This document shows positions 26,941 to 38,300 of a stretch of 64,000 nucleotides of DNA, piece after piece. The stretch comes from Octopus sinensis (lineage: Eukaryota). The notes under the pieces are model-generated. The model had not been told where the DNA came from, searched no databases, and saw only the letters and a list, made by a program, of their open reading frames with translations. The position numbers and the translations under genes are program-made. Location: contig NC_043007.1 in assembly GCF_006345805.1 (NCBI RefSeq), positions 3,534,001 to 3,598,000 of the forward strand, written 5' to 3'. The first letter of the stretch is position 1; the number at the start of each line of letters is the position of its first letter.

Positions 26941-27157
26941 AGGCAACGAGCTGGCAGAGTCGAAATGCTGAGCCGTATTTCGTCTGTCGTTACGTTCTGA
27001 GTTCAAATTCCGCCGAGGTCGACTTTGCCTTTCATCTTTTCGGGGTCGATAAATTAAGTACCAGTTACGCACTGGGGTCGATATAATCGACTTAATCCGT
27101 TTGTCTGTCCTTGTTTGTCCTCTCTATGTTTAGCCCCTTGTGGGCAATAAAGAAATA
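26941..27157 (+). mobile_element. SINE family B monomer
   Basis: Head with internal deletion, full core and long tail; diverged TSD GGTACATAATTT on both sides. Confidence 0.85.
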
Positions 27158-27276
27158 GGTACATAATTTAGTCGCTTTTTTATTAACTGGATCCAAGTTT
27201 GAATTTATAGAATCCAAACCCTTCTTCAATGTTACTTTACTTTGTTTATTCAAGCAGAATATAACTATTGGAATCT

Positions 27277-27602
27277 GAAGGCGCGTGGCTTAGTGGTTAG
27301 GGGTATTTGGCTGATGATCGTAAGGTCGTGAGTTCAATTCCCGGCGGCGCGTTGTGTCCTTGAGCAAGACACTTTATTTCACGTTGCTCCAGTTCACTCA
27401 GCTGGGAAAAATGAGTTGTACCTGTATTTCAAAGGGCCAACCTTGTCACACTCTGTGTTATGCTGAATCTCCCTGAGAGGCATGGGAAGGGGTACGCATG
27501 TCTGCGGAGTGCTCAGCCACATGCACGTTAATCTTACGAGCAAGCTGTTCCGTTCACGTTGATCGGATCAACTGGAACCCTCGTCGTCGTAACCGACGGA
27601 GA

Positions 27603-27606
<4 letters not shown>
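27277..27606 (+). mobile_element. tRNA-derived SINE, family D (full length)
   Basis: A box TGGCTTAGTGG, B box GAGTTCAATTCCC, central block shared with C and F, tail …GTAACCGACGGAG shared with family E. Confidence 0.85.
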
Positions 27607-27652
<46 letters not shown>

Positions 27653-27656
<4 letters not shown>

Positions 27657-28001
27657 GTTGGCAACTATATACCCGCGTTTATTTTAATTTTGGAATTTAT
27701 TGCGTTTTTAAATTTTGGAATCTATTTTGTCGTTTTGTTTTTTCTAGTTAATTTTAGTTAATTTTTGTTTATTTTCAGATCATTAAAATGGAATGTCAAG
27801 TTAAGAAAAACAAGCATTTTCGACACCTCCTTCTTTTTTGCTTTTAATCAAGGTTCTAAGGCCACAAAAGCTGCTCGCAACATTTGTGCTATGTATGGAG
27901 AGGGTGCCATAGCTGAAAGAACTGCTCGTGATCAGTATGCCAAGTTCAAAAATGGAAACTTTGACCTCAAAACGCACCTTGTTATGGCCGTCCAGTTGAG
28001 T
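27653..28001 (+). mobile_element. mariner transposon 5' fragment (left TIR and transposase N-terminus)
   Basis: TA|TTGGGTTGGCAAC terminus inside a (TA)n run; MECQVKKNKHFRHLLLFAFNQGSKATKAARNICAMYGEGAIAERTARDQYAKFKNGNFDLK (mariner HTH region), then a frameshift into APCYGRPVE. Confidence 0.85.
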
Positions 28002-28182
28002 AGTACCTGTATTTCAAAGGGCCGGCCTTGTCACACTCTGTGACACGCTGAATCTCCCCGAGAATTTCGTTAAGGGTACACGTGTTTGTAGAGTGCTCAG
28101 TCACTTGCACGTTAATTTCACGAGCAAGCTGTTCCGTTGATAGGATCAACTGGGACCCTCGTCGTCGCAACCGACGGAGTGC
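27997..28182 (+). mobile_element. SINE family D/E 3' tail (5'-truncated)
   Basis: Homologous to 27414-27606 and 49265-49454. Confidence 0.85.
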
Positions 28183-29595
28183 TCCTTAATAACTATTGGG
28201 ATAATCAAAATAGTTTTATTGAACAGTAATTACTCTAACTAACTAATCGATATGTAATTTAGAGAAACTAGGTCTCCTAGGCTAATTTGCCTTGGCTTAC
28301 ATTACTTTACCTCATTATTATACAAATATTTTACAAAAACAAAGATAACTTCGACCTGTTTGTAAACCAGCCTCTAACTGATGAGTAGACGTAAAATATC
28401 TTTAAAGGTAAAACAAAAATATGAAAATGACTATTTCCTTTCAATCAACAACCTTCGAACTTTATCTTAGCGTTTTCTGTTTAAATCATTTAAGCATTAA
28501 AGCTATATTCTCATAGTAATACGAACGTAGCGTTACACGGTCCATTAATATAAAACTATTGAAGACTGATGAAGGACTTATCATTATTCACGTTTTATCA
28601 AATAAGTAAAACCGTTATCTGAAACTATTTCCACCTCATTAAGTCAACAACAAAGCCATGAACAATATCGAAAATATAACTTGTCCTTCAATAAGACTTT
28701 TACTAAAAATAGATCAGATTTCTATGTTTAATTCTCTAGATTTCTCCAACGATTTATCATCAGATTCAAGATTGGTTTCTTTTAAAATATAGCTCGTGTG
28801 ATATATTGTGAAGTCTCTTGAATTGAGTTTAGAAATCCATTCAAGGAAATTCCTCCGGTTTTTTTGTGATTTTCTCCTTTTATGTGTCTATCAAAATATT
28901 GAGATTTCGATTAATCTGTTACCTTCTTTTGTATGGATTTACCAATTCTGGAACGACATATTTTGTACATATAAAATAGCAGAATAAATTAAATATAACA
29001 TTTTAGCAAGAAATATTTCTTTTTTGATGCCACAAACATCGCCAGCTATTGGTTAAAGTTAATATAAAGTGAATCATATACGTAATTGATCAGCGACAGC
29101 CGATAGAAATTGCACCAAAATAATGATACGACAAAATGGTCGTTTTTTATTGATTTATCAGTGTCAAACGAGGTGTATTTATTTTGTTTTCGTTGCGTTA
29201 TATTATTTTTGTTATGAAACTCCCCAAAACTGGTGTTATTTCTTCTTTCGCTGATTATTTATTTAGCAAAAGAAAATCTTCAGTCTGAGAAAGAATACGG
29301 ATTTTCTTCTCTTTCCTTTCTTCTTCCTCGGTTTTAATGCAATCGTATGTGGCAGGTCAATAAAGCAAATCTTATTACAGCCACAATATTTTCTTAAAGA
29401 CTATTTAGTCGAGGTAAACTCTCAGCTAATTACGTCTTTGATGTGGCTTCAGCTCTTTGTCGTAATCACTTCACCTACTTTGATTTAAAGATAAATATTT
29501 ATCTTTAGACTAGTAATGCCAGTCTTGACTGCCAACAAATTGTTTCACCAAGCTATTTATAGATTGTCTTATATCGATCTGGGTAAAGATATTTA

Positions 29596-30245
29596 GGCGG
29601 TGAAATGGCAAAATCATTTACACGTCGGACAAACTGCATTACGGCATTTCTTTTGGCCTATTACGTTCTGCACCTGTTCCCGTCGATATCAACTTTGCGA
29701 CCTTTCACTCTTTCAGAATCGATATAATAAAGTATCAGTCAAGAACTGGGAGTCAATGTAATCGAGTTGCGCCGATCCCTAAAACAGCTGACCATCTGCT
29801 AAATTTGAGACCATGATTTTAAAGTAATCTCCCGGTAAGTCGAACCTGCAAGCCTCCTTTAAACACCAGAAGTGGGCAGTTCACTTCTTTTGGTCATAAA
29901 TACTTTGGGGAGGGGTCTGATCGCCAAATCTCATTTTCTTTCAAACAATGAAATTAAAGCTTCGTGCCTTAGTAATTATTTCCTTTCCTTTTATATCGTG
30001 CCATAGTGATAATTACTAGCTGGAATCAGAGATGCGATCAAGGCGGCGAGCAGGCAAAAACGTTACAGTTCCGGATAAAAATGCCCAGCAGCATTTCTTC
30101 CGGCTGTTTTCGTTCAGAGTTCGAATGCTGTTGAGGTCAGCTTTCCTTTGCGTCTTTTGGTGGGGGGAGGGTCGATAAAATAAACACCAGTTGAGTATTG
30201 GGGGTCGATGTAATCGAGTGTACCCTCCCCAATAATTTCAGACCT
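29596..30245 (+). mobile_element. Two old, diverged SINE family B copies (about 29596-29812 and 30041-30245)
   Basis: Degenerate AGGCGG head and GTCGAT…AGTACCAG…GGGTCGATGTAATCGA core in both. Confidence 0.6.
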
Positions 30246-31310
30246 TGAGAGAGAATTACATAATGCAATCCAAAGTAAATATAAATATGTGTGTGTGTGT
30301 GTACGTGTGTGTGTGTGTACGTGTGTGTGTGTGTGTATGTGTGTGTGTGTACGTGTGTGTCTCCTTCAATTCATAATCTGATTTTGTGATCAAGAGAGGC
30401 TAAGAATCAAATTTTTAATAATCGTTTTTGATTTTGTTATTTTATCTAACAAATGCAGTCACTCAAGTATAGAATCAAAATCACTATCGGTTCAAAAATA
30501 TTTGTACTCTTGAATACAATCGATTTTTATAAAAGGCTAGTCACCATTATCTGCTCCATTTACTAAATCCTTTTGATTAAACCATTAAATTCCAACTGAC
30601 AGCATTCTCTGGAGCTAATAGACAAGAGATAGCTCCAGAAAACCTAACAATGCAAAAATGTTACGAAATGCATGATGCATTTGTGATCGGAAGTATTTTC
30701 ACACTCCAACGCCTTCTGCTAGGGTTATGTCTCTCTTTACCATTGATCATTGCCCACTGGAATAAATCTCTTTTAATCTACACTAGACATTAGTAGAGGT
30801 GTTTATATATAGATTACATCCTCAGACACATTTAGATAGATGCTCGTTTACATACACATAAATATATACACTTTCAAGCATACATTTATGACAATATGTG
30901 TGTGTTTATCGATGCGTGTGTATATAATTATGTGTGTGTGCATATAAAACTGTGTATGTATGTATGTGTGTATGTATGTATGTATGTGTGTATGTATGTA
31001 TGTATGTATGTATGTATGTATGTATGTACGTATGTATGTATGTATGTATGTATGTATGTATGTATGTATGCATGTATGTATGTATGTATGTATGTATGTA
31101 TGTATGCATGTATGTATGTATGTATATATGTATGCATGCATTTATACACAAGCCCTATTATATGTACACTCACACAAACATTCAGGTATTTATGTTCGTA
31201 TATTCACATCGCATAAAAGAAGTTATTAATGAGACTGGTGGCCGTCTTTGCGTTTTCGCACAACTGAAAGGATTCGAAATATACGGTGATTTTTTTCCAA
31301 TATATATATA

Positions 31311-31591
31311 CAATGGCCGAGTGGTTAGGGCAGCGGACTCGCGGTCGTAGGATCGCGGTTTCGATTCCCAGACCGGGCGTTGTGAGTGTTTATTGAGCGA
31401 AAACACCTTAAAGCTCCACGAGGCTCCGGCAGGGTGTGGTGATCCCTGCTGTACTCTTTCACCACTCTTTCTTCTGTTGGCCTGCTCGCTTAGCCAGCGG
31501 GGGGGGGGCGTCATTCGAAGGCTAAAATAACGCGAACGCATTGTGACCAGCGATGTGTAACTACATCTGATGGACTGGTCGGTCACGTGAT

Positions 31592-31599
<8 letters not shown>
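31311..31599 (+). mobile_element. tRNA-derived SINE, family E with tail type T3
   Basis: Head TGGCCGAGTGGTTAGGGCAGCGGACTCGCGG…GGTTTCGATTCCC shared with 49070; tail TTGGCCTGCTCGCTTAGCCAGCGG…GGTCGGTCACGTGAT also present at 41437-41559. Confidence 0.85.
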
Positions 31600-31640
<41 letters not shown>

Positions 31641-31649
31641 ATATATATA

Positions 31650-31737
31650 AAGTGCCTTGCTCAAGGACACAACGCACGGTCGGGAATCGAACTCGCAACC
31701 TTATGATCGTGAGCCAACCACTAAGCCACGCGCCTTC
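31650..31737 (-). mobile_element. SINE family D head fragment
   Basis: Reverse complement of GAAGGCGCGTGGCTTAGTGG…GTCCTTGAGCAAGGCAC. Confidence 0.75.
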
Positions 31738-31882
31738 ACATATTCTCTCCTTCTCTAACTCTTTGTCTAGAACAATCCTTCTCGCTTTATTCCCTCATTA
31801 TCAGCCTAAACCTTATTTTTCTGTCCACAAGCCTTCTTGCAGACATATTGTGCGCAATTGATGCTATTTTCTGTTACTCGCA

Positions 31883-31943
<61 letters not shown>

Positions 31944-32529
31944 GACAGAGACAGAGAGAGACAGAGAAAGATAACAACGTGAATTTTATAGCGCTTTTTC
32001 TAATTACGTATAGTCGTTTTCTTCCGCTTCCAAGCGGGAATAAATGTAACCTGTCAATGTTTCATTTTCGGTGATGGAGAAAACACAGGATGCTATAAAG
32101 TCCCTTGTTTTCTGTCTCAGCTTTTCTAATCAAAGATTCGTACACAACTTTATTACATACGGAATTGGTACTGCTGTTGTAATAATGTTTCGTAATTTAC
32201 TCCAAGTTATTTATGACAGTCTTCCAAACCTTTGATTTCTGTCATTTTATTTAACCGTATGTAATGCAACGTTTTAAGTTTTGCTGTAACTTTGTTTCTA
32301 AGTCGTGTGTCATGTCTTCGTAATTTCAACCAATATATTTACAAACCTGGATTGGTTTCAAGCGTCCTTCCCTCACCCCACCCCCTTTGCCTTTATTTAA
32401 TCCATTATACTATGCGTTTTTGTTTGCTTCAGTTGATTATTATATTTTGTTTTCGTTTCCTTTTTTCTTTTGGTGAACTGATATTTGCATATATGTGTAT
32501 GTGTGTGTTTATGTATACACGTAATATAA

Positions 32530-32718
32530 CGTTTACTTGTTTCATTCACTAAACTGCGACCAGGTTGTGGCGCCGCCTTGAACAAGTTTAGTCGAACGAA
32601 TACTCCCTAGTACTTATAATATTTTAAGCATGATATTTATTATATAAGCATATTCATTATATAAGATTCTTTCGCCGAATCGCTAAGTTACGGAGACATA
32701 AACACACCAACATCGGTT
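32530..32718 (-). mobile_element. SINE family A, 3' half only, cut by the adjacent composite insertion
   Basis: Diverged match to family A up to ACACCAACATCGGTTG, where homology stops abruptly. Confidence 0.65.
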
Positions 32719-33040
32719 GCGAGTCATACCTACTCCCGCCGTTTACCCGCGCTTGGTTGAATTTCTTCACTTTGACATTCAGAGTTCTGGGCAGAAATCA
32801 CATCGCATCTGTGCGGCTCGGCCGACTACGCGATGCACTATTTTAATTAGACAATCAGATTCCACAGGCCCGTACAAATTCCGAGTTGACCGTTCGCCGC
32901 CGGAAGCTAAGGTGACTGTAACAAATCTGGTGGACAGAAAAATGAGGTTTAGGCTGATAATGAGGTGACAAGGATATTCCTAAGCAAACGCTTCGAGAAG
33001 AAGAGAACATGTGTCTTTACGTTTTGAGTAGATCATCGGT

Positions 33041-33135
33041 TCTACTGTAGGTCAGCAGATCTACTGTAGGTCATCTGATCTACAGTAGATCATCTAATCT
33101 ACAGTAGGTCATCTGAGCTACTGTAGGTCATCTGA
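33041..33135. repeat. 19-bp minisatellite, 5 units, consensus TCTACWGTAGGTCATCTGA
   Basis: Read directly from the sequence; each unit contains the quasi-palindrome CTACWGTAG. Confidence 0.9.
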
Positions 33136-33719
33136 TTCGTGGTTGAGCAAGCTGGAAAGACAGCTCTTCTGCTTCTTGTGGAAGGGCTCGAATCCGCTTG
33201 TGAGACGCTCTATTTGCTGCCAACAACCGTTAAAGGGTGGACTAGGGATGCCTTGGCTGAGGATGCGCAGGCATGCTCTGAGGCAGAGGCATCTATGGCT
33301 CCATCTGGATGGTGAACGGATGTGGTATCCGCTGGCGAAACAGATGTTTCCCAAGTTCACTTGCTTCGGTGGACTGCAAACCTGGTTCTATCGTGTATCG
33401 AAGTTGGGTACATGGTTTATGGACTGTCGTAAGGCTATGCGATCTCTCGAGCAACGCCTGTGGTAGTGGTTCTACCACATTCTTCTATAGAGGGTTGCTA
33501 GAGGCGAAATGTGACGATACCTTGGGGGAATCCCTAGGTCTCGATGATAATCAGCTGGCCAATCTGTTCCAACGTACATTGGGGCCGAAGACGCTGGGTA
33601 ACTTCCAAAAGTCTTTGGCATGGCAATGTTACCGAGGAGCCTTACCTGTCCGGGACAAACTCGCAAGTCATAGTGTCCCTGGCCCACCGACCTGTCCATG
33701 ATGTGGGCGGGACAGGGAA
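33132..33719 (+). mobile_element. Tx1/L1-clade non-LTR retrotransposon ORF2 fragment (post-RT region to zinc-finger start)
   Basis: WLSKLERQLFCFLWKGSNPLVRRSICCQQPLKGGLGMPWL…, then after a frameshift …AWQCYRGALPVRDKL…PTCP*CGRDRE. FLWxG…GGLG and W…ALP…CPxC are L1/Tx1 ORF2 signatures. Confidence 0.8.
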
Positions 33720-34233
33720 GCTAAGCTATGCTAAGCCGAGCCGAGCCGAGCCGAGCCGAGCCGATCCGATCCGATCCGATCCGGTCCGATCCGGTCCGGT
33801 CCGATCCGATCCGATCCGATCCGATCCGATCCGATCCGATCCGATCCGATCCGATCCGATCCGATCCGATCCGATCCGATCCGATCCGATCCGATCCGAT
33901 CCGATCCGATCCGATCCGATCCGATCCGATCCGATCCGATCCGATCGATCGATCCGATCCGATCCGATTCCGATCCGATCCGATCCGATCCGATCCGATC
34001 CGATCCGATCCGATCCGATCCGATCCGATCCGATCCGATCCGATCCGATCCGATCCGATCCGATCCGATCCGATCCGATCCGATCCGATCCGATCCGATC
34101 CGATCCGATCCGATCCGATCCGATCCGATCCGATCCGATCCGATCCGATCCGATCCGATCCGATCCGATCCGATCCGATCCGATCCGATCCGATCCGATC
34201 CGATCCGATCTGATCCGATCCAAGCCAAGCCAT
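33720..34233. repeat. Pentanucleotide array, mainly (TCCGA)n, ~100 units, with variant-unit edges
   Basis: GCTAA GCTAT GCTAA (GCCGA)6 (TCCGA)n with a few TCCGG units … TCTGA TCCGA TCCAA GCCAA GCCAT. Confidence 0.95.
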
Positions 34234-34974
34234 TTCAACAACACTAACCACCAAACTCTATATCTATTATCCACAAAATGAATAAATACACAAATATTTA
34301 AAGACTGCTATTTAATCTTGGTCCACGAATACGTGCTTCTTGGTTAATTATATTTGCATGCAAATAGAATTACCGTCAAATAGCCGCGTATGGAACTTAG
34401 ATCAACAAACACACGTTTTCTAAATATTCTAAAATTAAAACATTACCGCGAATATTAGAAGAAAACGAAGCAAATAAATCCTAAATCAATAATACAACAA
34501 ATTAAATTTGAAAAGTAAAATAACTAAAATACTTTTAAAAAATTAGTATAAATGGCTGCTTTTGTTGTTTTTAGATTTTGAATTTTCACCTTTATACTAG
34601 AATATGCAAAATATATAAAATGATGAAAATATTTTTTAAGCTTGTTATCAATAACCTGAAGGTTTGGAAGGTTGATAGATAACAATATCAACATATGCAA
34701 ATTAGGATTGACTCAGTAATGTAAATTTTCTGTTAATCGTCAAAAAGCGTGAAATTATATAAAATATCTGCTTCTTCTGCAGGAGACGAACATTGCCGTG
34801 GTGTCAAAGGATCGTATCGAGAAGTGAACTGGCAGCGCCGGTTCGTATTCTCTGCAGTATGATCCCCTGTCGTTCATGAATGATTAGAGATGGGATGAAC
34901 GTCCTTCCAGTCATGGCCATTTCTTCTTTACTTAGGCCCTTGTGTATCAAAGACTATATTATGTAATGTACTTT

Positions 34975-35192
34975 TTTTCTTTTTATTACCCACAAGGGGC
35001 TAAACATAGAGGGGGACAAACAAGGACAGACAAACAGATTAAGTCAATTACATCGACCCCAGTGCGAAACTGGTACTTAATTTATCGACCCCGAAAGGAT
35101 GAAAGGCAAAGTTGACCTCGGCCGAATTTGAACTCAGAACATAACGGCAGACGAAATATCGCGTCCTAACGATTCTGCCAGCTCGCCGCCTT
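34975..35192 (-). mobile_element. SINE family B monomer with a 16-bp TSD
   Basis: Reverse-complement copy with a head deletion; TTATGTAATGTACTTT at 34959-34974 and 35193-35208. Confidence 0.9.
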
Positions 35193-35888
35193 TTATGTAA
35201 TGTACTTTGCTTTCCAAGACGGTGAGGTGTAAATTAAGAGAGATTTAGTTATTATTTCTACCTCATCGAAGGACCACATAACGGAACTTTTGATGGCTGG
35301 GGTTGTATGGCGCTGTGCTACATCTGACATATTTGGCGCTCAAGCTGAAGATTTTATTTGGCAGAAAACAGAAACGGCAATGTGGGAAGAATATATTCTT
35401 GCAAGAAAGAACTGTATTGTAAAACTAAAGATTGTGTTAGTATAGAAAGCCAAATGGAACCCCACCCAAAGACAAAACTGAGAGACGGGGAGAGACAGAG
35501 AGGAAGAAGGTGAGAAAAGAAGAAAAAGAAGATATTTTGAATAGTTTAAAACTTCCTGTGTTAGAGAGATAGAAATTTAGAAAAGAAAAGAGATGGAGAG
35601 AAAGAAAGAGAGAGAGAGAAAGAATGAGAGAGAGAAGGAGACAGATCCAGAGGGGAAAGGACCAGGAGGTCGTTAACCAGAGTGTGCGAGCGAGAAAGCT
35701 GGATGTTTTGATAACTGACTTGACTTTGGTAATTATATATCAGAGGAAGTCGATGTCTCTACGAACAAATAATCTAAAGATTTAAGAGAGAACAGAGGTA
35801 AACAACTGGTGAACAAACCATCCGGCTGCTTGTCAAAAATCGCTGACCAACATGCACCAGCATCTGGCTCACAGACAAACTGTTTTCG

Positions 35889-35933
<45 letters not shown>

Positions 35934-36291
35934 CTTTCTTTCTATCGCCGACAAAACGCTTTCTGTTCTGTATTAGTCGAGGGAATCCAAACCAACGAGA
36001 AGTTCCCTACGCAGACACTCGACCAACTAGAAAGACTAACTAAATCTACCTCAAAGCACACTTTTATAAAAGGAAGGATACATTGGGTAATGTTGCGGCT
36101 TATATACACTGTAAATGAGAAGTCTGCAGATGGTCTCGGTTGGAATGCTTGTGGTTGTAGGTCTACGGATGATCACAGTCCATGAGTTAAACAGTAACAA
36201 CTTGATAGTTTGTTGTAGTGAAAACCATACTCCTCTTCCCACGAGACAAAGTGGTATGACTCAGCCATAATAAAGTTAGACTGTCAGACGT

Positions 36292-37501
36292 TGTAGGAGG
36301 TCAGTAATAGTAGAGTCGTTGTACGAATTCTCAGTTGGAGGAGTCGGTGTCAGTTACGTGTTATATACGCGTTCGAGTTACCATCAAGGTAGACGTTTCA
36401 AAGTCATTGTCTTGCGGAGCTATCAGTGATAGCACGATAAGACGAGTCAAAGGTAATAAGATGAGGAATACTGCCACAACATAATAGTGGCGACAACAAC
36501 ACGCAAGTGGACAAGGATCTACATTACAACAGTGGCGACGAGGATATAAACAATTCACGCGGACATTGATGGAGCATAAGAAATACTGTGACTTTTATAT
36601 TGCCTAAAAAAGTTTCTGACATAAATTTCACGGACACAATTGACATTTTATGTAAGATGTTGAGTGGAAACATCATTATTCAACATACGTTGGAAGTGTT
36701 TGAAAATGGAGAAAAGCGATGAAGTCTTTACTACACATGCGGGTAGAGTGAACAGAGAGTGCGAGAGATTTCAATTGGATAAACTAACTCCAGACCCGTC
36801 CAAGTGCCTTAGTTTTGTTCAGGAACTTACTGCTAAAAAAGGACGCAGAAGTCAGAACGAAAATTCTCGCAAAGATATAATTCTCCAGAAACATGTCGGA
36901 AGAGAGCGATATGATATTCAAAGTAAGGCATGACACAAGAAATCCAACGTAGAGATTGTTTACAAATAAAACCAGTATGGAAGAGTCGGAAGATGGATAA
37001 AGTGTTTCGCAAAAACACGATAAACAACAAGAGAAAAAGCCATGTATGGCATGCAGTGGTAGGCACCTGAGAAAAGAGTGTCCGTTCAAAAAAGCAAAGT
37101 ATTTTCGCTGTGGAAACACAGGACACATTAAATCGCACTGCAGTAACTTTGATGACGAAAGATTGGAACAAACGAGAAAAATGAAATAGTTTGTCATCAG
37201 AAAAAAAAAGTTTGTACAACAAACTGAAAATTCATCAAAGTGAGAATCGAAACCACTAGTGTCAAAATAGTAGAGTCGTTACACGAGTTCTCAGTTGGAG
37301 TCAGTGTCAGTTACGTGATATATACGAGTTCGAGTTACCGTCAAGGTTGACGTTTCAAAGTCATTGTCTTGCGGAACAATCAGCCATAGCACGATGGACG
37401 AGTGAAAGATAAGACGTGGAATACCGTCACAGCATGACAATGGTGACAAGAATATTACAATGCTGACAACATACAAGTGGATGAGGATCTACATTATAAC
37501 A
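36292..37501 (+). mobile_element. Degenerate Ty3/Gypsy LTR retroelement derivative: two LTRs, PBS and gag remnant only
   Basis: Direct repeats ~36300-36531 and 37260-37501, both ending GGATCTACATTAYAACA; PBS-like TGGCGACGAGG at 36533-36543; gag text SLFNIRWKCLKMEKSDE…RVNRECERFQLDKLT…DAEVRTKILAKI and zinc knuckles CMACSGRHLRKECPFKKAKYFRCGNTGHIKSHC (37037-37141); no pol. Confidence 0.8.
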
Positions 37502-37639
37502 TAGTTGCATATCTGCATTATCCAGATCCGTACCTGCATGCACACAGACGTGTGTGTGTGTGAGGTTAGTTGGAAATAACTGCGAATTTGAACGTTCATC
37601 TTCAAAGCAATATTTCTCAACTCTGGTTAATTTTATTAA

Positions 37640-38300
37640 TTGAAAATTATAACCATTACATGAAGCAAGTTTATTTATTCCGGTAGCCTAGAATTCTGAA
37701 GTCCTTCAACTGATGAATACTTCGATGCTATTTTTGAGCTGCTACTTCGATGTTGAATTTTTTTTTTTTTTTGTTACAGAAAGTTATCGAGATGCTTAAA
37801 AGAAATAGTTGTCAATCAGAGAGAAAGCTGGAAAGTTAACTGTGTTAAGTAGAACTTTTGACTCGATTCGTTCAATTTCTGCAGTCATTTTGGAGACTTG
37901 TGGTTGAGTGTTGTCGTGAAGAGGAAATTGCCATTTTACAATTGACCAATTCTGGACGTAAACTATGCATTTCTTGGAGAATTTTGTCGATTTCCTGTCA
38001 AAAGTTGTTTACTGTGATGGTTTCTCCAGAATTCAAGAAATAACAATAAATCATTCCACTTGTCTCCAAAACAGTTACCATAACCTTCGATTTGAGCAAG
38101 TGTTTTAGTGCCTCACTTCAGTTCAGCCACACACACAACAACGTCAGTTGTTATACTGAATCAATTTTCCGTCACATGCCACAAGCATAATCAAGAAATA
38201 AATCAATTTTGTGCGACAGAATTGAAGCATTGACCAGACTTCGGTTAGCTTTCAAGTCGTGCAGTACCCAACTCGTGCTAAACTAGTATTTTCATTTACT
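37640..38300 (-). mobile_element. Heavily decayed mariner transposase remnant
   Basis: Minus strand gives KVMVTVLETSGMIYCYFLNSGETIT…EIDKILQEMHSLRPELVN and ATGINKL, matching mariner catalytic-domain segments with stops and frameshifts. Confidence 0.7.

Noticed and set aside
33041-33135. CRISPR-like or operator-like array of palindromic repeats
   Set aside because: The units are contiguous with no spacers, there are no cas genes, and the context is eukaryotic.
33720-34233. Telomeric repeat
   Set aside because: Molluscan telomeres are TTAGGG-type as far as established; this array is interstitial and lacks GG(G)-run strand asymmetry typical of telomeres.
33544-34281. Long ORFs with SDPIR / IGSDR repeats (up to 245 aa)
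   Set aside because: A stop-free pentanucleotide array yields ORFs in most frames; there is no independent coding evidence.
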